A DNA stretch of 64,000 nucleotides, from the NCBI GenBank assembly GCA_049976425.1, contig JBMFIG010000004.1:26503-90502 (forward strand), given 5' to 3'. This DNA is from Thermoproteus sp. (GTDB taxonomy: Archaea; Thermoproteota; Thermoprotei; Thermoproteales; Thermoproteaceae). A program made the translations under genes and the position numbers. The notes under the pieces were generated by a model, which saw nothing but the letters and a program-made list of their open reading frames with translations, did not search any database and had not been told where the DNA came from. This document shows, piece by piece, positions 9,848-22,264 of this stretch. Each line of letters opens with the position of its first letter. Position 1 is the stretch's first letter.

Positions 9848-10935
9848 GGCCTGTACGACTGGAAGAAGCGCTCCACCTCCGGCGATAGGGCCACGCCGAA
9901 GGTGGGGTCGTTCCAGGCCCAGATGCCGACGTATTTGGGCCGCACCGCCGAGACGAGCTGCGGTATGACTTGTCCGAAGAACTGGATGGTGGCGGAGCAG
10001 TTGCGCTCCTTTATGGGTATGGTCCAGTTCCACGGCTGTATATAGCCCTGGGCGTCGCACACCCTGAAGCCCACCTCGCCAACCATAACCTGCAGACCCG
10101 AGGCCCTCAGAGCCTCCATGTTCTTCACGAAATAGCCGGGCACCTCCAAGACCCCGTTGGAGTATACGTAGTCGTAGATATCCTCGCCCACTAGATTCAA
10201 GCCGGCGGCCTTGGCGAGCGCCAGTATGTCCGAGGGCGACTCCGAGGACGTCCCGTAGTAGAAGAGGGAGGCCTCCGGGAACACCTCCTTCAACTCCCTA
10301 TAGGCCTGGGCCAGCTCCGCCCTGCAAGCAACGTCGGCGACGCATGTGGACATCTCGCTGAAGCCTATGTAGACACCAGATCCGTTTCCCAGATATAGCT
10401 TAAGGGCGTTGAGGAACGTCGAAGCGTAGGAGAGATCCACCTGTCTGAGCTCGCCCCTCCAGCCGGAAGCCGCGCAGAAGAGGTTTACGAAGAGAGGCGA
10501 CGCCGATCTGTACTGCTGTATGAAGGCCAGCGAGAGCTCGAATTGGTTGAAGTCGGCGCCGGTCTCCGGGGTACAGGGGATTACGACAACGATGCCTGGC
10601 GCCGAGCATTTAGGCACGGGCGGCACGTCGGCTCTGCCCCACGGCACAATCCAGAATATCAGCTCGGTCGGCCCTTCTTCGCAGGAGGTCGCGGAGCTAT
10701 TCACGGCCGCCGACGAGGACGTCGTGGTTTCGCGGGAGGTTGTGGATACTGGCGTAGCAGTCGTTGTGGTGGTTGTGGACCTCGATGTGGCGCTCTGCGT
10801 CGTGGACAGCGGCAACTTGCTGGAGCTTGAGGAAGCCGGAGGGGGCGGAGCCCGCGTTTGTTGCAATTCTACTATAGATATAATTACCAGGATAAGGACG
10901 GCTATAAGCAACGCTAGGGCAGGTCCTCTCGACAT
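9844..10935 (-). CDS. Membrane-anchored extracellular protein with Ser/Thr linker and putative glycoside-hydrolase-like TIM barrel
   Basis: N-terminal TM helix, long S/T tract, then a domain with GFSE, DIYDY, MVGEVG and GIWAW; last gene of the ABC operon. Confidence 0.6.
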   Translation of the reverse strand: MSRGPALALLIAVLILVIISIVELQQTRAPPPPASSSSSKLPLSTTQSATSRSTTTTTTATPVSTTSRETTTSSSAAVNSSATSCEEGPTELIFWIVPWGRADVPPVPKCSAPGIVVVIPCTPETGADFNQFELSLAFIQQYRSASPLFVNLFCAASGWRGELRQVDLSYASTFLNALKLYLGNGSGVYIGFSEMSTCVADVACRAELAQAYRELKEVFPEASLFYYGTSSESPSDILALAKAAGLNLVGEDIYDYVYSNGVLEVPGYFVKNMEALRASGLQVMVGEVGFRVCDAQGYIQPWNWTIPIKERNCSATIQFFGQVIPQLVSAVRPKYVGIWAWNDPTFGVALSPEVERFFQSYRP

Positions 10936-10938
10936 GCA

Positions 10939-11885
10939 TCAGCCGTAGAGGTGGCACGCCACTAGGTGTTGCTTCTCGGCCTCCACGATCCTCGGCTTCA
11001 CGTTTCTGCACGTCTCCGTGGCGTATGGACATCTATCGGCGAATGGGCAACCTCTGCCTGCCAGAGAGAACTCTATCGTCACACTGGTTATCCTAGAGCC
11101 CCACCGCTCCTTGACCTTGGGCACGGACGACAGAAGCAGTTGCGTGTATGGATGCAGAGGCTTGCCGAACACGGCGTCCACAGGCCCGTACTCGACCATG
11201 AGGCCCTTGTAGAGGACCAGTATCTTGTCGCCTATATAGGACGCGAGGCCCATGTCGTGCGTTATGAAGAGCACCGTGAGGCCCATCTTCTCCCTTATCT
11301 CGTGGAGGAGGTTCAGCACGGAGACCCTCAGAGAGGCGTCTATCATGGAGACCGGCTCGTCGGCAAGCAACACCTTCGGCTGTATCAACAAGGCCCTCGC
11401 TATGGATATCCTCTGCAGTTGGCCGCCGGAGAACTGATGGGGGTACTTCCCCATCACGTCCCTAGGCGTGAGGCCCACGAAGGTGAGCGTCTCCTCTATC
11501 AGCTTGGTTCTATCGGCCTCTGACAGCTCAGGCCTATATTTCTGCAAGGTCTTGTGGAGTATGCGATCGACCCTATAGAACGGGTTGAAGGACGAGTACG
11601 GATCCTGTAGGACTGCTTGAACCTCGCGCCAGTAGTCCCTAGTCCTCCACTCCCTTAGGGGGCGGCCTCTGTATTTTATCTCGCCCGACGTCGGCTCCAG
11701 CGCCTTCAGAAGTATCCTCAACAGGGTGGTCTTCCCGCTACCCGACTCGCCCACTATGGACAAAATCTCGCCCTCGTTTACGTCGAAGCTCACGCCGTCT
11801 AGCGCCAAGATATTCACAGTCCGCAGAAATCCGGTCGCGAATACCTTTGTCAGATCCCTTACTTCGTATATCCTCTCGCCGGAGC

Positions 11886-11889
<4 letters not shown>
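10939..11889 (-). CDS. Opp/Dpp-type ABC transporter ATP-binding subunit (OppF-like)
   Basis: GESGSGKT, FSGGQLQR, DEPVS, HPYT and C-terminal CPFADRC...ACH. Confidence 0.92.
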
Positions 11890-12872
<983 letters not shown>

Positions 12873-12873
12873 A

Positions 12874-13734
12874 TCACTCCTCCCTCAGCCTCGGGTTGAA
12901 CGCCTTGTCCATGGACATCGCTATCATGGAAAGCGCGGTTGTGGCCAACATGACTATTAGGCCGGGCGGGAGGAACCACCACCACGCGCCGTAGCTAGGC
13001 GCGCTGAACGCAACGGCCCAGAACAACATAAAGCCTATCGTCATCGTCTTGTAGGGCAGTAGGCCCAAGGCTTCCAAGCCTATATCGGCCACTATGGCGC
13101 CGCTGAACTGGAGCACGAAGACGAGGAATATATAGGCCAACATCTGCGGCATGACCTCGGTGAAGGCCACCTCTATGGGGGTCTCGCCGCTCAACTTAGC
13201 GACGAGTATGAACTCGCGCCCCCTTATGCTCATGGCTATGGCCCTCACTGCTCTGGCCGACCAAGGCCAGGAGAAGAGACCTATTAAGAGGCCTAGAGTC
13301 GTCGTGGTGATCCAGCTACGGGGCATGTATATGGCTATTAGAAGAATTATCACCACGTTGGGTATCGTGAGGATGGTGTTGGTCAAGAAGTTGAGGACGA
13401 CGTCCGCCTTCCCTCCGAAGTAGCCCGCTATAAGGCCTATGGAGACGCCTATTGCAGTGGCCAAGAGGCCCGCCACCAAGGCTATGTATAGGCTGTTGCC
13501 GAGCCCGTAGACCAGCTGGGAGTAGACACTTCGGCCGAACGCGTCGGTTCCGAGCCATAGTTGCCAATTAGGCGGCCCGTAGGCCTGCCCGACTACGTCG
13601 AAGGGGCCGTACTTGGTGGTGAACGGCCCCACTATGGCGAACACGACGAGAGCCGCCAAGATGGCCAAGCCCGCCTTGAAGTAGCCCTCTCTGAATAGGC
13701 TTAGGAAGAGTTCCTTGTAGAGGGGGGCGCTCAT
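12874..13734 (-). CDS. ABC transporter permease (OppC-like)
   Basis: LGTDAFGR, EAA-like loop, WWWFLPPG and NPRL. Confidence 0.92.
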   Translation of the reverse strand: MSAPLYKELFLSLFREGYFKAGLAILAALVVFAIVGPFTTKYGPFDVVGQAYGPPNWQLWLGTDAFGRSVYSQLVYGLGNSLYIALVAGLLATAIGVSIGLIAGYFGGKADVVLNFLTNTILTIPNVVIILLIAIYMPRSWITTTTLGLLIGLFSWPWSARAVRAIAMSIRGREFILVAKLSGETPIEVAFTEVMPQMLAYIFLVFVLQFSGAIVADIGLEALGLLPYKTMTIGFMLFWAVAFSAPSYGAWWWFLPPGLIVMLATTALSMIAMSMDKAFNPRLREE

Positions 13735-14741
13735 GATACGGCGGCTCTAATCCTCGGGTCTATGAACGCATATACCACCTCAATTATGAAGTTCATTATC
13801 AGTATCATCGTCACCACAAAGAAGAACACGCCCTGTATCAGGAAATAGTCGTAGTTGCCTATGGCGTTGCCCAATATGAGGCCGACGCCGGGGTACTGGA
13901 AGGTGAACTCGAGCACGGCGTTTCCGGCGACTATGTAGCCGAGGCTTATCGCGAGGCCCGTGATCTGCGGAAGTATCGCGTTCTTGTAGGCGTACCTCCT
14001 CAATACGCTCCGCGTGAGGCCGAGCGCCTCGCCGTACGCCATGTAGTTGCTCCTGACTTCGCCGAGCATGTTCTGCCTCATGCCGATGGCCCAGCCCCCG
14101 AGGGACACAATGAAGAGGGACAGGAACGGGAGGGCCATATGCCTTAAGAAATCCGAAATATAGGACCAGGACAGCGACGGTATCATGGAATACGGAGTGC
14201 CCGTCGGCGGGAATATCGGTATGTACGACGCGAATATGAGTATCAGGAGAAGCGCGAACCAGAAGTACGGCGCGTTGTTTAGGGCGTAGAAGGCGGGGAG
14301 GGCTACCTTGTCAGTCAAGGCACCTCTCTTGTCGAAACCCAAGTAGGCGCCGAGCTTATTGCCCACATACCAAGACAACAATATTGCGGGGACGAGTAAG
14401 ACTATGTCGTAGGGAAGAACCCTAAGTATTATCTCCGATACAGGGGTGCCGAATAGCCAGACGGAGACCCCGAGATCTAGATGGAGGGCGTTCCAGATAA
14501 AGAGGAGGTACTGCATGTAGAGCGGCTGGTTGAGGCCGAACATGGCCTCGATATGGTTCACGAGCTCCTGCAACGCCTGGGGCGTCATATAGCCCGTTCC
14601 CGCCGACATTATCCTGGACACCATGACCTTGACAGGATCTATAGGCAGTAGCCTAGGCAGTATAAAATCTAGGCTTATAGCTACATACCAAGTAATGATA
14701 TATTCTACTGCTCTCCTACCGATATACTTCCAAATAGTCAT
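13731..14741 (-). CDS. ABC transporter permease (OppB-like)
   Basis: FGLNQPLYMQY, DLGVS, KNAILP, YPGVG and DPRI. Confidence 0.92.
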   Translation of the reverse strand: MTIWKYIGRRAVEYIITWYVAISLDFILPRLLPIDPVKVMVSRIMSAGTGYMTPQALQELVNHIEAMFGLNQPLYMQYLLFIWNALHLDLGVSVWLFGTPVSEIILRVLPYDIVLLVPAILLSWYVGNKLGAYLGFDKRGALTDKVALPAFYALNNAPYFWFALLLILIFASYIPIFPPTGTPYSMIPSLSWSYISDFLRHMALPFLSLFIVSLGGWAIGMRQNMLGEVRSNYMAYGEALGLTRSVLRRYAYKNAILPQITGLAISLGYIVAGNAVLEFTFQYPGVGLILGNAIGNYDYFLIQGVFFFVVTMILIMNFIIEVVYAFIDPRIRAAVS

Positions 14742-14773
14742 AAGAAATAAGAAAAATCTTATTTAAAAATTTA

Positions 14774-17281
14774 TCACCTACGCCTCAGAGCCAGTACCGC
14801 CACTACTATTATGACTACTATTAGGAGGCCTACTACGCCCCATACCCAAGACGGCACTGCAGAGACGGTGGTAGTGGCTACGGAGGTGACCACGCTAGTC
14901 ACAGGCACGGAGGTAGTCACAGTGACAGGCACAGTCGTCGTGGTGCCCGATATCACAGTAGTCGAATAAGTAGTGGTGACGGTCGTCGAGTATGTTGTGG
15001 TCACGGTCGACACAGCCAACGAGGCCGGTTTGAGGTGCAACACGACTAGTATGTCGTCGGGCGGCGACCAGGCAGGTACAAACACCGGAGCTGGGTTGCT
15101 CGCATTAGGCCAGCCCGTCCAGTAGGTGGTGTCGTAGGCATACCAGTAGGCGCCGGAGAGCAGAGGTATCGCTGGAGCGCACTCGAAATACGCCTTAATC
15201 AGCTCTGTGTAGTATTTCTGCAGAGTCTGGTAGTCGGTGATCGGGGTGGCCATTATCTTCAAGAATATGTCGTATATCCCGGACTTGTAGAACCTCTCGT
15301 AGTCTCCCCACGTCGCCTGGCCCGGCGGAACAGGTGCGCCGTTAGTGCCTGTCGGATACATAACCTCCTGGAAGTACGGGAACGGAGTGAAGCCGGTCCA
15401 GCTCCACATAATTACGGCGGAGAAAGTGCCTTGCTGGACGTTGGTCCACCACGCGCTGAACTGTGGCGCGGCCATCTCGGCCTTTATTCCGAAGGCGCTC
15501 AGCTGATCTGCCAACATCTGCGCCATCTGCATCCAGTCGGTCCAGCCATAGGGAACGGCTATGGTCAGGCTGAGGATCGTCCCGTTAGGCGTACGCCAGT
15601 AGCCGTCGGAGCCCTTGTAGAAGCCGAGGCTCTGCAGTATCTGGGCGGCCTTCTGCGGGTTGTAGCTCCAGCCGTATTGCTGTACGTCAGTCCAGTTTAT
15701 GTAGGGAGCCCAGGAGTTCTCGAATACAGTGCCGGTAATACAGAGCGGATCCTTGCACGGCAGTTCGTATCCGAACTCGGCTACCTGGGACAGCGGCGTC
15801 GCGTTTATCACCATCGCGACGGCGCGACGCACAGCGCAGATATTCCACGGATAGGTATTATTAGCTATCATCAACATGACGGAAGGATACTGGAGGAAGT
15901 AAGGCGGATTCGGCAGATATGTATACATTCTATATTTGGTGAAGGTCTGTATGTTAGGCACGAAGAAGCTGTTCCAGTCTAGCATATGTTGCTGGATCAT
16001 TGTCGGGACCAACGCATTGGACGTCACGTAGAGCTGGACGAGGTACTTGGGCGGATAAGCGGGGTTCAGCCCGAACAACTTCCAGCCCCACCAGTTATCC
16101 CACTTGATAAAGACAACCTCTGTCTGGCCTAGGTAGAAGGCCTTGTAGGGACCGCTACCGACCGGGTTGGGGTTAGTCCAAGTCAACGGCGTTGACACGT
16201 TGTACCATATATGTTGCGGCAGTATCGGGTAGTATCTGAGCTGAGTCGCTAGCCAGTTGTCCATGTTGGGCGTGCCGTTGAATACGAATATCGCGGTCGT
16301 GGTGTTGTAGGGCAACACCGAGATTAAGTTGCCGCCGAACGAAGATGGACCCCATATCCAAGAGTTGCCCAGCTCGGGGTGCTGTAGCTCGTAGTAGAAC
16401 GAGAAGGCTACATCTTGGCTGGTTATGGGCTGGCCGTCCTGCCAGTACTCGCCCGGCCAGAGAGTCACTACGAGGAACGCTCTATCGAAGCTCAACGTCA
16501 CTGGCAGAGTGGTCTGGGTCACGCCCGTTAGATTCATCACTATGAACTTGGACGCGGTGACTTTGAATGGGGCGGTGAACACGGGCAGGCCGGTGCGGGG
16601 CACCGGCGTTATCTTGAACACGTCGCCGGGTGCGTAGTAGGCCAGCAGGGTGTACTCGTTGCTGACCTGCAACTGGGTTGGGTAGACAACCGTCACGTTG
16701 AAGAAGACGGGGTTCGATGCGCTGACCGTCACGGTCTTGGTAGACGTAGAGCCGACCACGGCGGTTATGTTGACCACGGTGATAGTGACGTTACCTCTGG
16801 TGGTTATCCCTATGAACTGCGGCGATCCGCCCTTGATATTGCCTATATATTTATACGCCGGCCAGTTAACCGTCGGCACGTTCGCCAAGTTTATCCGCGT
16901 GGTGTACACCTGAACGTTGGTCGCATTGACGGTTATCGTCGCCGACCCTCCGCTGACCGATATCTGTATCGGGACGTTGGCCGAGTACGAGGAGAACTGC
17001 CACCCGTACCACTTGCCCAGCGCCGGGAGCAGGAGGCCTTGATACGGATTCCAGAAGAACAAGGGCCAGTAGACGTAACCGAATACCCCGTAGGCGGCAC
17101 CGGAGGCCCAGAGCTGGGCGAGCGGGTTCCAGTTGGTCGGCGTGTACCACATAGCGCCGCCGGCGTACAGAGTTTCGTTCCTGGGGAGGGAGATCGCCGT
17201 AGTTGTGGTCGTGGTCTGGGCGTATAGGTTAATCGCCAACAGCCCGAGCACCAACAGGAGTGTGGTGTATACCTTGTGCAT
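14774..17281 (-). CDS. Family 5 solute-binding protein (likely oligosaccharide-binding) with signal peptide, large insertion, S/T linker and C-terminal TM anchor
   Basis: LPRNETLY, WQDGQPITSQDV, PVGSGPY and VPYGWTDW motifs typical of carbohydrate-binding family 5 proteins; start 17281 chosen from TATA spacing. Confidence 0.88.
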   Translation of the reverse strand: MHKVYTTLLLVLGLLAINLYAQTTTTTTAISLPRNETLYAGGAMWYTPTNWNPLAQLWASGAAYGVFGYVYWPLFFWNPYQGLLLPALGKWYGWQFSSYSANVPIQISVSGGSATITVNATNVQVYTTRINLANVPTVNWPAYKYIGNIKGGSPQFIGITTRGNVTITVVNITAVVGSTSTKTVTVSASNPVFFNVTVVYPTQLQVSNEYTLLAYYAPGDVFKITPVPRTGLPVFTAPFKVTASKFIVMNLTGVTQTTLPVTLSFDRAFLVVTLWPGEYWQDGQPITSQDVAFSFYYELQHPELGNSWIWGPSSFGGNLISVLPYNTTTAIFVFNGTPNMDNWLATQLRYYPILPQHIWYNVSTPLTWTNPNPVGSGPYKAFYLGQTEVVFIKWDNWWGWKLFGLNPAYPPKYLVQLYVTSNALVPTMIQQHMLDWNSFFVPNIQTFTKYRMYTYLPNPPYFLQYPSVMLMIANNTYPWNICAVRRAVAMVINATPLSQVAEFGYELPCKDPLCITGTVFENSWAPYINWTDVQQYGWSYNPQKAAQILQSLGFYKGSDGYWRTPNGTILSLTIAVPYGWTDWMQMAQMLADQLSAFGIKAEMAAPQFSAWWTNVQQGTFSAVIMWSWTGFTPFPYFQEVMYPTGTNGAPVPPGQATWGDYERFYKSGIYDIFLKIMATPITDYQTLQKYYTELIKAYFECAPAIPLLSGAYWYAYDTTYWTGWPNASNPAPVFVPAWSPPDDILVVLHLKPASLAVSTVTTTYSTTVTTTYSTTVISGTTTTVPVTVTTSVPVTSVVTSVATTTVSAVPSWVWGVVGLLIVVIIVVAVLALRRR

Positions 17282-17299
17282 ATACATGAGAAGTACTGA

Positions 17300-17515
17300 G
17301 TATATAAGCATTGTTCCTAATATATGTAAAGTTAAAATATATTAAAGTAAAGGGAATCCTAAATTATTCAAAATAATTTATTTATATATTTATAATAGAT
17401 TTTTTAAATTCTAAGACAGCTATTGTTTTTATCATGATATATTTAGTGTCAGATAAACTGCATTTGCTGATGTTTTTATCGTTGGAATAATGATATACCT
17501 AATGTATATAACCGG
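17300..17515. promoter_or_regulatory. Very AT-rich divergent promoter region between the ABC operon and the beta-glycosidase
   Basis: Extreme AT content against the GC-rich surroundings; TATA-like boxes near 17302-17308 (-) and 17505-17510 (+). Confidence 0.6.
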
Positions 17516-17531
17516 GTGTAGTTCAACATGT

Positions 17532-19013
17532 ATGCGGAAGTTCCCAAGTGGATTCAGATGGGGCTGGTCGGGCGCCGGCTTCCAGTTCGAGATGGGCCTC
17601 CCCGGGTCGGAGGATCCCAACACGGACTGGTTCGCGTGGGTGCACGATCCCGAAAACATAGCAGCTGGCCTCGTAAGCGGCGACTTCCCGGAGAACGGAG
17701 TGGCCTACTGGCACCTCTACAAGCAGTTCCACGACGACACGGTCAAAATGGGGCTCAACACGATCCGCTTCAACACCGAGTGGTCGAGGATATTCCCTAA
17801 GCCGACCTTCGACGTCAGGGTCCACTACGAGGTTAGAGAGGGCAGAGTAGTGTCGATAGACATTACGGAGAAGGCGCTGGAGGAGCTCGACAAGCTGGCC
17901 AACAAGGACGCCGTGGCCCACTACAGGGAGATTTTCTCCGATATAAAATCGCGGGGGCTGTACTTCATACTGAACCTATACCACTGGCCTATGCCGTTGT
18001 GGGTGCACGACCCCATAAAGGTGAGGCGAGGCGATCTCTCGGGGAGGAACGTGGGCTGGGTCGCCGAGACGACGGTGGTGGAGTTCGCGAAGTACGCGGC
18101 ATACGTTGCGTGGAAGTTCGGCGACCTGGCCGACGAGTTCTCGACGTTTAATGAGCCCAACGTGACGTATAACCTGGGGTTCATAGCCGTCAAGGCGGGC
18201 TTCCCTCCGGGCTACCTCAGCTTCCAGATGGCGAGGAGGGCCGCGGTGAATCTGATAACTGCGCACGCCAGGGCGTATGACGCAATTAGGCTGACCTCCA
18301 AGAAGCCCGTCGGCGTCATATACGCGGCGTCGCCCGTATATCCCCTCACCGAGGCCGACAAGGCCGCGGCCGAGAGGGCGGCGTACGACGGGCTGTGGTT
18401 CTTCCTCGACGCGGTGGCAAAAGGCGTCTTGGACGGAGCTACCCAGGACGATCTGAAGGGCAGGCTGGACTGGCTCGGCATAAACTACTACAGCAGGTCC
18501 GTTGTGGTCAAGCGCGGCGACGGCTACGCCGGGGTGCCCGGCTACGGCTTCGCCTGCGAGCCCAACTCGGTGAGCAGAGACGGCAGGCCCACCAGCGACT
18601 TCGGCTGGGAGATATACCCGGAGGGCCTCTACGATATATTGACCTGGGCCTGGCGGCGTTATGGGTTGCCTCTCTATGTGACCGAGAACGGCATAGCCGA
18701 CCAACACGACAGATGGAGGCCGTACTACCTCGTCTCGCATCTGGCCCAGCTACACAGGGCCATACAAGATGGGGTCAACGTCAAGGGCTATCTGCACTGG
18801 TCGCTGACCGACAACTACGAGTGGGCGTCCGGCTTCTCGAAGAAGTTCGGCCTCATATATGTGGACCTCTCAACCAAGAGGCATTACTGGAGGCCCAGCG
18901 CGTACATATACAGAGAGATAGCCGCGTCGAACGGCATACCCGACGAGCTGGAGCACCTAGAAAAAGTGCCGGTTGCCTCCCCCGAGGTCTTGAGGGGCCT
19001 CAGATCGCTTTAA
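17532..19013 (+). CDS. GH1 beta-glycosidase (Sulfolobus LacS/Pyrococcus CelB type)
   Basis: GFQFEMG, EWSRIFP, TFNEP (acid/base), VTENG (nucleophile) and DNYEWASG. Confidence 0.95.
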   Translation: MRKFPSGFRWGWSGAGFQFEMGLPGSEDPNTDWFAWVHDPENIAAGLVSGDFPENGVAYWHLYKQFHDDTVKMGLNTIRFNTEWSRIFPKPTFDVRVHYEVREGRVVSIDITEKALEELDKLANKDAVAHYREIFSDIKSRGLYFILNLYHWPMPLWVHDPIKVRRGDLSGRNVGWVAETTVVEFAKYAAYVAWKFGDLADEFSTFNEPNVTYNLGFIAVKAGFPPGYLSFQMARRAAVNLITAHARAYDAIRLTSKKPVGVIYAASPVYPLTEADKAAAERAAYDGLWFFLDAVAKGVLDGATQDDLKGRLDWLGINYYSRSVVVKRGDGYAGVPGYGFACEPNSVSRDGRPTSDFGWEIYPEGLYDILTWAWRRYGLPLYVTENGIADQHDRWRPYYLVSHLAQLHRAIQDGVNVKGYLHWSLTDNYEWASGFSKKFGLIYVDLSTKRHYWRPSAYIYREIAASNGIPDELEHLEKVPVASPEVLRGLRSL

Positions 19014-20062
19014 CCGGACCACCTCATTTTTAGAGTCCACCTAAAGGCGGCCTCCGTGGTGAACGGACTGCCGAACTCCGAGCCCAGCTCCACGTCGTTG
19101 AGCCACATGTCGGGGTAGTTGGACAAGGCGGTGTAGGCCGCGGCGGCCCTTATGAAGTCGGCCAGTCTGAAAGACACAGAGCCCGATCTCATGGGCTTGC
19201 TCAATACGAAGGCGATATACTCCCAAGGCATGCCCTCCTTCCTGTACACGTGGAAGACGGCCTCCACGGGCGATCCGTTAACCACGAGGGGTATGCGGAC
19301 CTCGCCGACTTTCTCGCCGGCGGGTATCAGTTGCTGGTAGTAGAGCCATATCATTATCTCTTGCTCCCCCTGTCCCACCGACCTCTCGCCGGTCGATTTC
19401 GTTACCCAGAGATCGAACGCGAAGTCGAAGGGCAGAGTAGGATCGGGCACCTCCACGCTGTACTCCACAGATATGGTGAAGTTCGACGACTCGGCGGCAG
19501 ATATCTTGATAGGGAACGGCGAGTTCGGGGACGCCGCGCCTGCCCAGGGCTTGTACCCCAGCCATATCTCGGGATATCCGGCTACCCACGCGTTGGGATC
19601 GGCCTCGGCTATGTCCTTGAGGGCTTGTTCGTAGTAGAAGACGCCGTCGCAGTAACGCATGGTGGCCGTGCCCGATGCGGACTTGATGTTCCACATATTG
19701 ATCTGCATTATGTAGCCGCCGACGCTGGCCGTCGGGTACTGGGACGGGCCCGTCCACGTCAGCACTACGCAACCGCCGGAGGTCTGCGTTGCGGACGCGG
19801 AGGTAGTGGCTGTGGCTGAGCTATTCACGGACGTCTGGTTGCTCTGAGTTATAGTCGTTACGGCTGTGGAGCTCGGCCCGACCGACGTGGTGTTTTGATT
19901 TGGAACAACAGACGTGGAGCTCTCTGTGGAGATCTGCGGCGCAACCGAGGCGTTTGTCCGCGGCTCGACGGGCGGCGCCGTCGATCTATAGATTACTAAT
20001 AGCATAACTAGGACGGCGGCCGCGGCTAATACGATGACAGCGGCTAGAGCCTTCGGCATCAT
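19010..20062 (-). CDS. GH12 endo-beta-1,4-glucanase, membrane-anchored with S/T linker
   Basis: [24 protein letters not shown] and ELGSEFG GH12 motifs. Confidence 0.9.
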   Translation of the reverse strand: MMPKALAAVIVLAAAAVLVMLLVIYRSTAPPVEPRTNASVAPQISTESSTSVVPNQNTTSVGPSSTAVTTITQSNQTSVNSSATATTSASATQTSGGCVVLTWTGPSQYPTASVGGYIMQINMWNIKSASGTATMRYCDGVFYYEQALKDIAEADPNAWVAGYPEIWLGYKPWAGAASPNSPFPIKISAAESSNFTISVEYSVEVPDPTLPFDFAFDLWVTKSTGERSVGQGEQEIMIWLYYQQLIPAGEKVGEVRIPLVVNGSPVEAVFHVYRKEGMPWEYIAFVLSKPMRSGSVSFRLADFIRAAAAYTALSNYPDMWLNDVELGSEFGSPFTTEAAFRWTLKMRWSG

Positions 20063-20101
20063 GGGTATGCATGACGATATACAAAAACGTTTTCGGCAAG
20101 G

Positions 20102-20989
20102 TTAGTAGACGGGGGTCAGCCAAGCTAGGTACTTCTCCTCCTTGCCCAGCACAATCCGCCTATACGTCTCGGCTATCTTCTGCGTTATGGGGCCCTTCTG
20201 CAACACCCTTCCGTCTATTTCTATTATCGGCGTGATCTCGGCGGCTGTCCCGACGAAGAACGCCTCGTCGGCCGCGTAGAGCTCCTCCCTCGTTATGCTC
20301 TTCTCCAGGAGCGGTATCCCCAGATCGCCCGCTATCGAGATGACCGTCTCCCTAGTTATGCCCTCGAGGATGCCGTCCTCCAGAGGAGGCGTCATGAGGA
20401 CCCCGCGGCGCACTATAAATATATTCTCGCCGGACCCCTCCACGACCTTGCCCTCGGCGTTCAGCATTATGGCCTCGTCGTATCCCCTGGCCCTCGCCTC
20501 GACGGCCGCCATTATGGAGTTGAGGTATATGCCGGTCGCCTTGGCCATGACGGGCATCATGGAGGTGTGGACCCTCCTCCAGCTCACCACGGCCGCCCTC
20601 ACGCCCTCGACCTTCAGGTACTTGCCGAAGGGTATAGCCGCTATGGCCACAGACGCCTGTAGCCCCCTAACGTCTAGGCTGATCTGGGGCTTGGATATGT
20701 ACGCCACCGGCCTTATGTAGAGGTCCTCCTTGAACCCGTTGGCCCTCACAGTCTCGACGACGGCCTTGGAGAGCTCCTCAGCCGTGTAGGGCACGTCGAG
20801 GCCTATTATCTTGGCGGATCTCAGAAGCCTCTCCATGTGGTCCCTCAGCCTGAAGACGTAGAGGTTCTCGCCGTTCCAGTAGGCCCGGATCCCCTCGAAC
20901 ACGCCGAAGCCGTAGTTGAGGCTCGGCGAGAGCACCGTCACCTTGGCCTCCTCCTCATCCACAAGCCTCCCGTCCAGCCAGACCTTCAT
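20102..20989 (-). CDS. ilvE: Branched-chain amino acid aminotransferase (fold type IV)
   Basis: [38 protein letters not shown] and GTAAEI. Confidence 0.95.
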   Translation of the reverse strand: MKVWLDGRLVDEEEAKVTVLSPSLNYGFGVFEGIRAYWNGENLYVFRLRDHMERLLRSAKIIGLDVPYTAEELSKAVVETVRANGFKEDLYIRPVAYISKPQISLDVRGLQASVAIAAIPFGKYLKVEGVRAAVVSWRRVHTSMMPVMAKATGIYLNSIMAAVEARARGYDEAIMLNAEGKVVEGSGENIFIVRRGVLMTPPLEDGILEGITRETVISIAGDLGIPLLEKSITREELYAADEAFFVGTAAEITPIIEIDGRVLQKGPITQKIAETYRRIVLGKEEKYLAWLTPVY

Positions 20990-21972
20990 CTCCCTCCGAA
21001 CATCAACCTCCTTATCTCCTCGCCGACCTTCTCGGCGGGATGTCCCCTAATCTCCTCGAGCATCCTCTTGAGGTTGGGCGCGCCTCTGGAGTACTCCTCG
21101 ACCCACTCCCGGGCGAACGACCCGTCTCTGACCCTGGCCGCCGCCTCCTTCATCCTCTGCTTCACTGAGTCGTCTATCACCTTGGGCCCGACGGTCAGCC
21201 CTCCGTATCTGGCCGTCTCGCTCACGCCGGTCAACATGCCGTAGAAGCCCCTCTGCCAGATGAGGTCCATGATGAGCTTGGCCTCGTTTATGGCCTCGAA
21301 ATACGCCACCTCGGGCTGGTAGCCCAGCTCCACCAACACCTCGAAGCCCTTCCTCAGAAGCTCCAGGAGGCCTCCGACGAGGACGTTCTGCTCCCCTATG
21401 AGGTCCGTCTCGGTCTCCTCCTTGAACGTCGTCTCTATCACGCCGGCTCTGGTGGCCCCTATGCCTTTGGCTATCGCCAAGGCGTACTCCATGGCCCTCC
21501 CCGAGTAGTTCTGGTGGACCGCGACCAAGGCGGGGACGCCGCGGCCCGCCAAGAACTCGTCGCGGACCAGCCGCCCCGGCCCCTTGGGCGCCACCATCAC
21601 TACGTCGACGTTGGCGGGCGGCTTTATCAAGCCGAAGTGTATGTTGAAGCCGTGTGCGAAGTCGACCACCGCGCCGGGCTTCAGATTGGGCTCTATCTGC
21701 TCGCGCCAGATCTTGGGCTGCTCCATGTCGGGCAGTAGGACCAGCAACACGTCCGCCCTCTTTACCGCCTCGCCCACCTCGTACACCTCGAACCCCTCCG
21801 CCTTGGCTTGGTCCCAGGACTTCCCCCTCCTGACGCCCACCACGACGTTCAGCCCCGAGTCTCTGAGGTTCAAGGCCTGCGCCCTTCCCTGGATACCGTA
21901 GCCGAGAACCGCTATGGTCTTGCCCTTGAGCGGCTCGAGGGAGGCGTCCTTGTCCGTATATATCCTCGCCAT
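20986..21972 (-). CDS. ilvC: Ketol-acid reductoisomerase
   Basis: [26 protein letters not shown] and [10 protein letters not shown]; own TATA-like box near 21998. Confidence 0.95.
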   Translation of the reverse strand: MARIYTDKDASLEPLKGKTIAVLGYGIQGRAQALNLRDSGLNVVVGVRRGKSWDQAKAEGFEVYEVGEAVKRADVLLVLLPDMEQPKIWREQIEPNLKPGAVVDFAHGFNIHFGLIKPPANVDVVMVAPKGPGRLVRDEFLAGRGVPALVAVHQNYSGRAMEYALAIAKGIGATRAGVIETTFKEETETDLIGEQNVLVGGLLELLRKGFEVLVELGYQPEVAYFEAINEAKLIMDLIWQRGFYGMLTGVSETARYGGLTVGPKVIDDSVKQRMKEAAARVRDGSFAREWVEEYSRGAPNLKRMLEEIRGHPAEKVGEEIRRLMFGGR

Positions 21973-22000
21973 GGCCCTCAATAGGCTATGTTTTTAACAG

Positions 22001-22264
22001 TCATCGCCTCTCCCTCAACGCCACGGCCATCGCGGGCGCAGTCTGTAGCTTGCCTATCTCGAGGACCTCCGGCAGTTTGTCCAGCTTGGCCACCAGCCAG
22101 TTTATCTCGTCGGCCGGGCCCTCCACGTCCATAACTATGTGGTACGTCGAGTCCCTCGCCTCTATCTCCATGCGCCTCACGAACACCTTCGCCCTCCTCA
22201 CTATGCTGACGACCCTCCCGACGTAGTCCATCGAGGAGGGTATCCTTATGCTAATGGCGCTCAT
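22001..22264 (-). CDS. ilvN: ACT-domain acetolactate synthase small subunit
   Basis: 87 aa ACT-like protein (KLDKLPEV); overlaps the ilvB stop. Confidence 0.75.
   Translation of the reverse strand: MSAISIRIPSSMDYVGRVVSIVRRAKVFVRRMEIEARDSTYHIVMDVEGPADEINWLVAKLDKLPEVLEIGKLQTAPAMAVALRERR

Noticed and set aside
14860-15010. Repetitive Thr/Val/Ser-coding tract as a possible repeat array or CRISPR
   Set aside because: It encodes the low-complexity linker of the solute-binding protein; there is no repeat-spacer structure.
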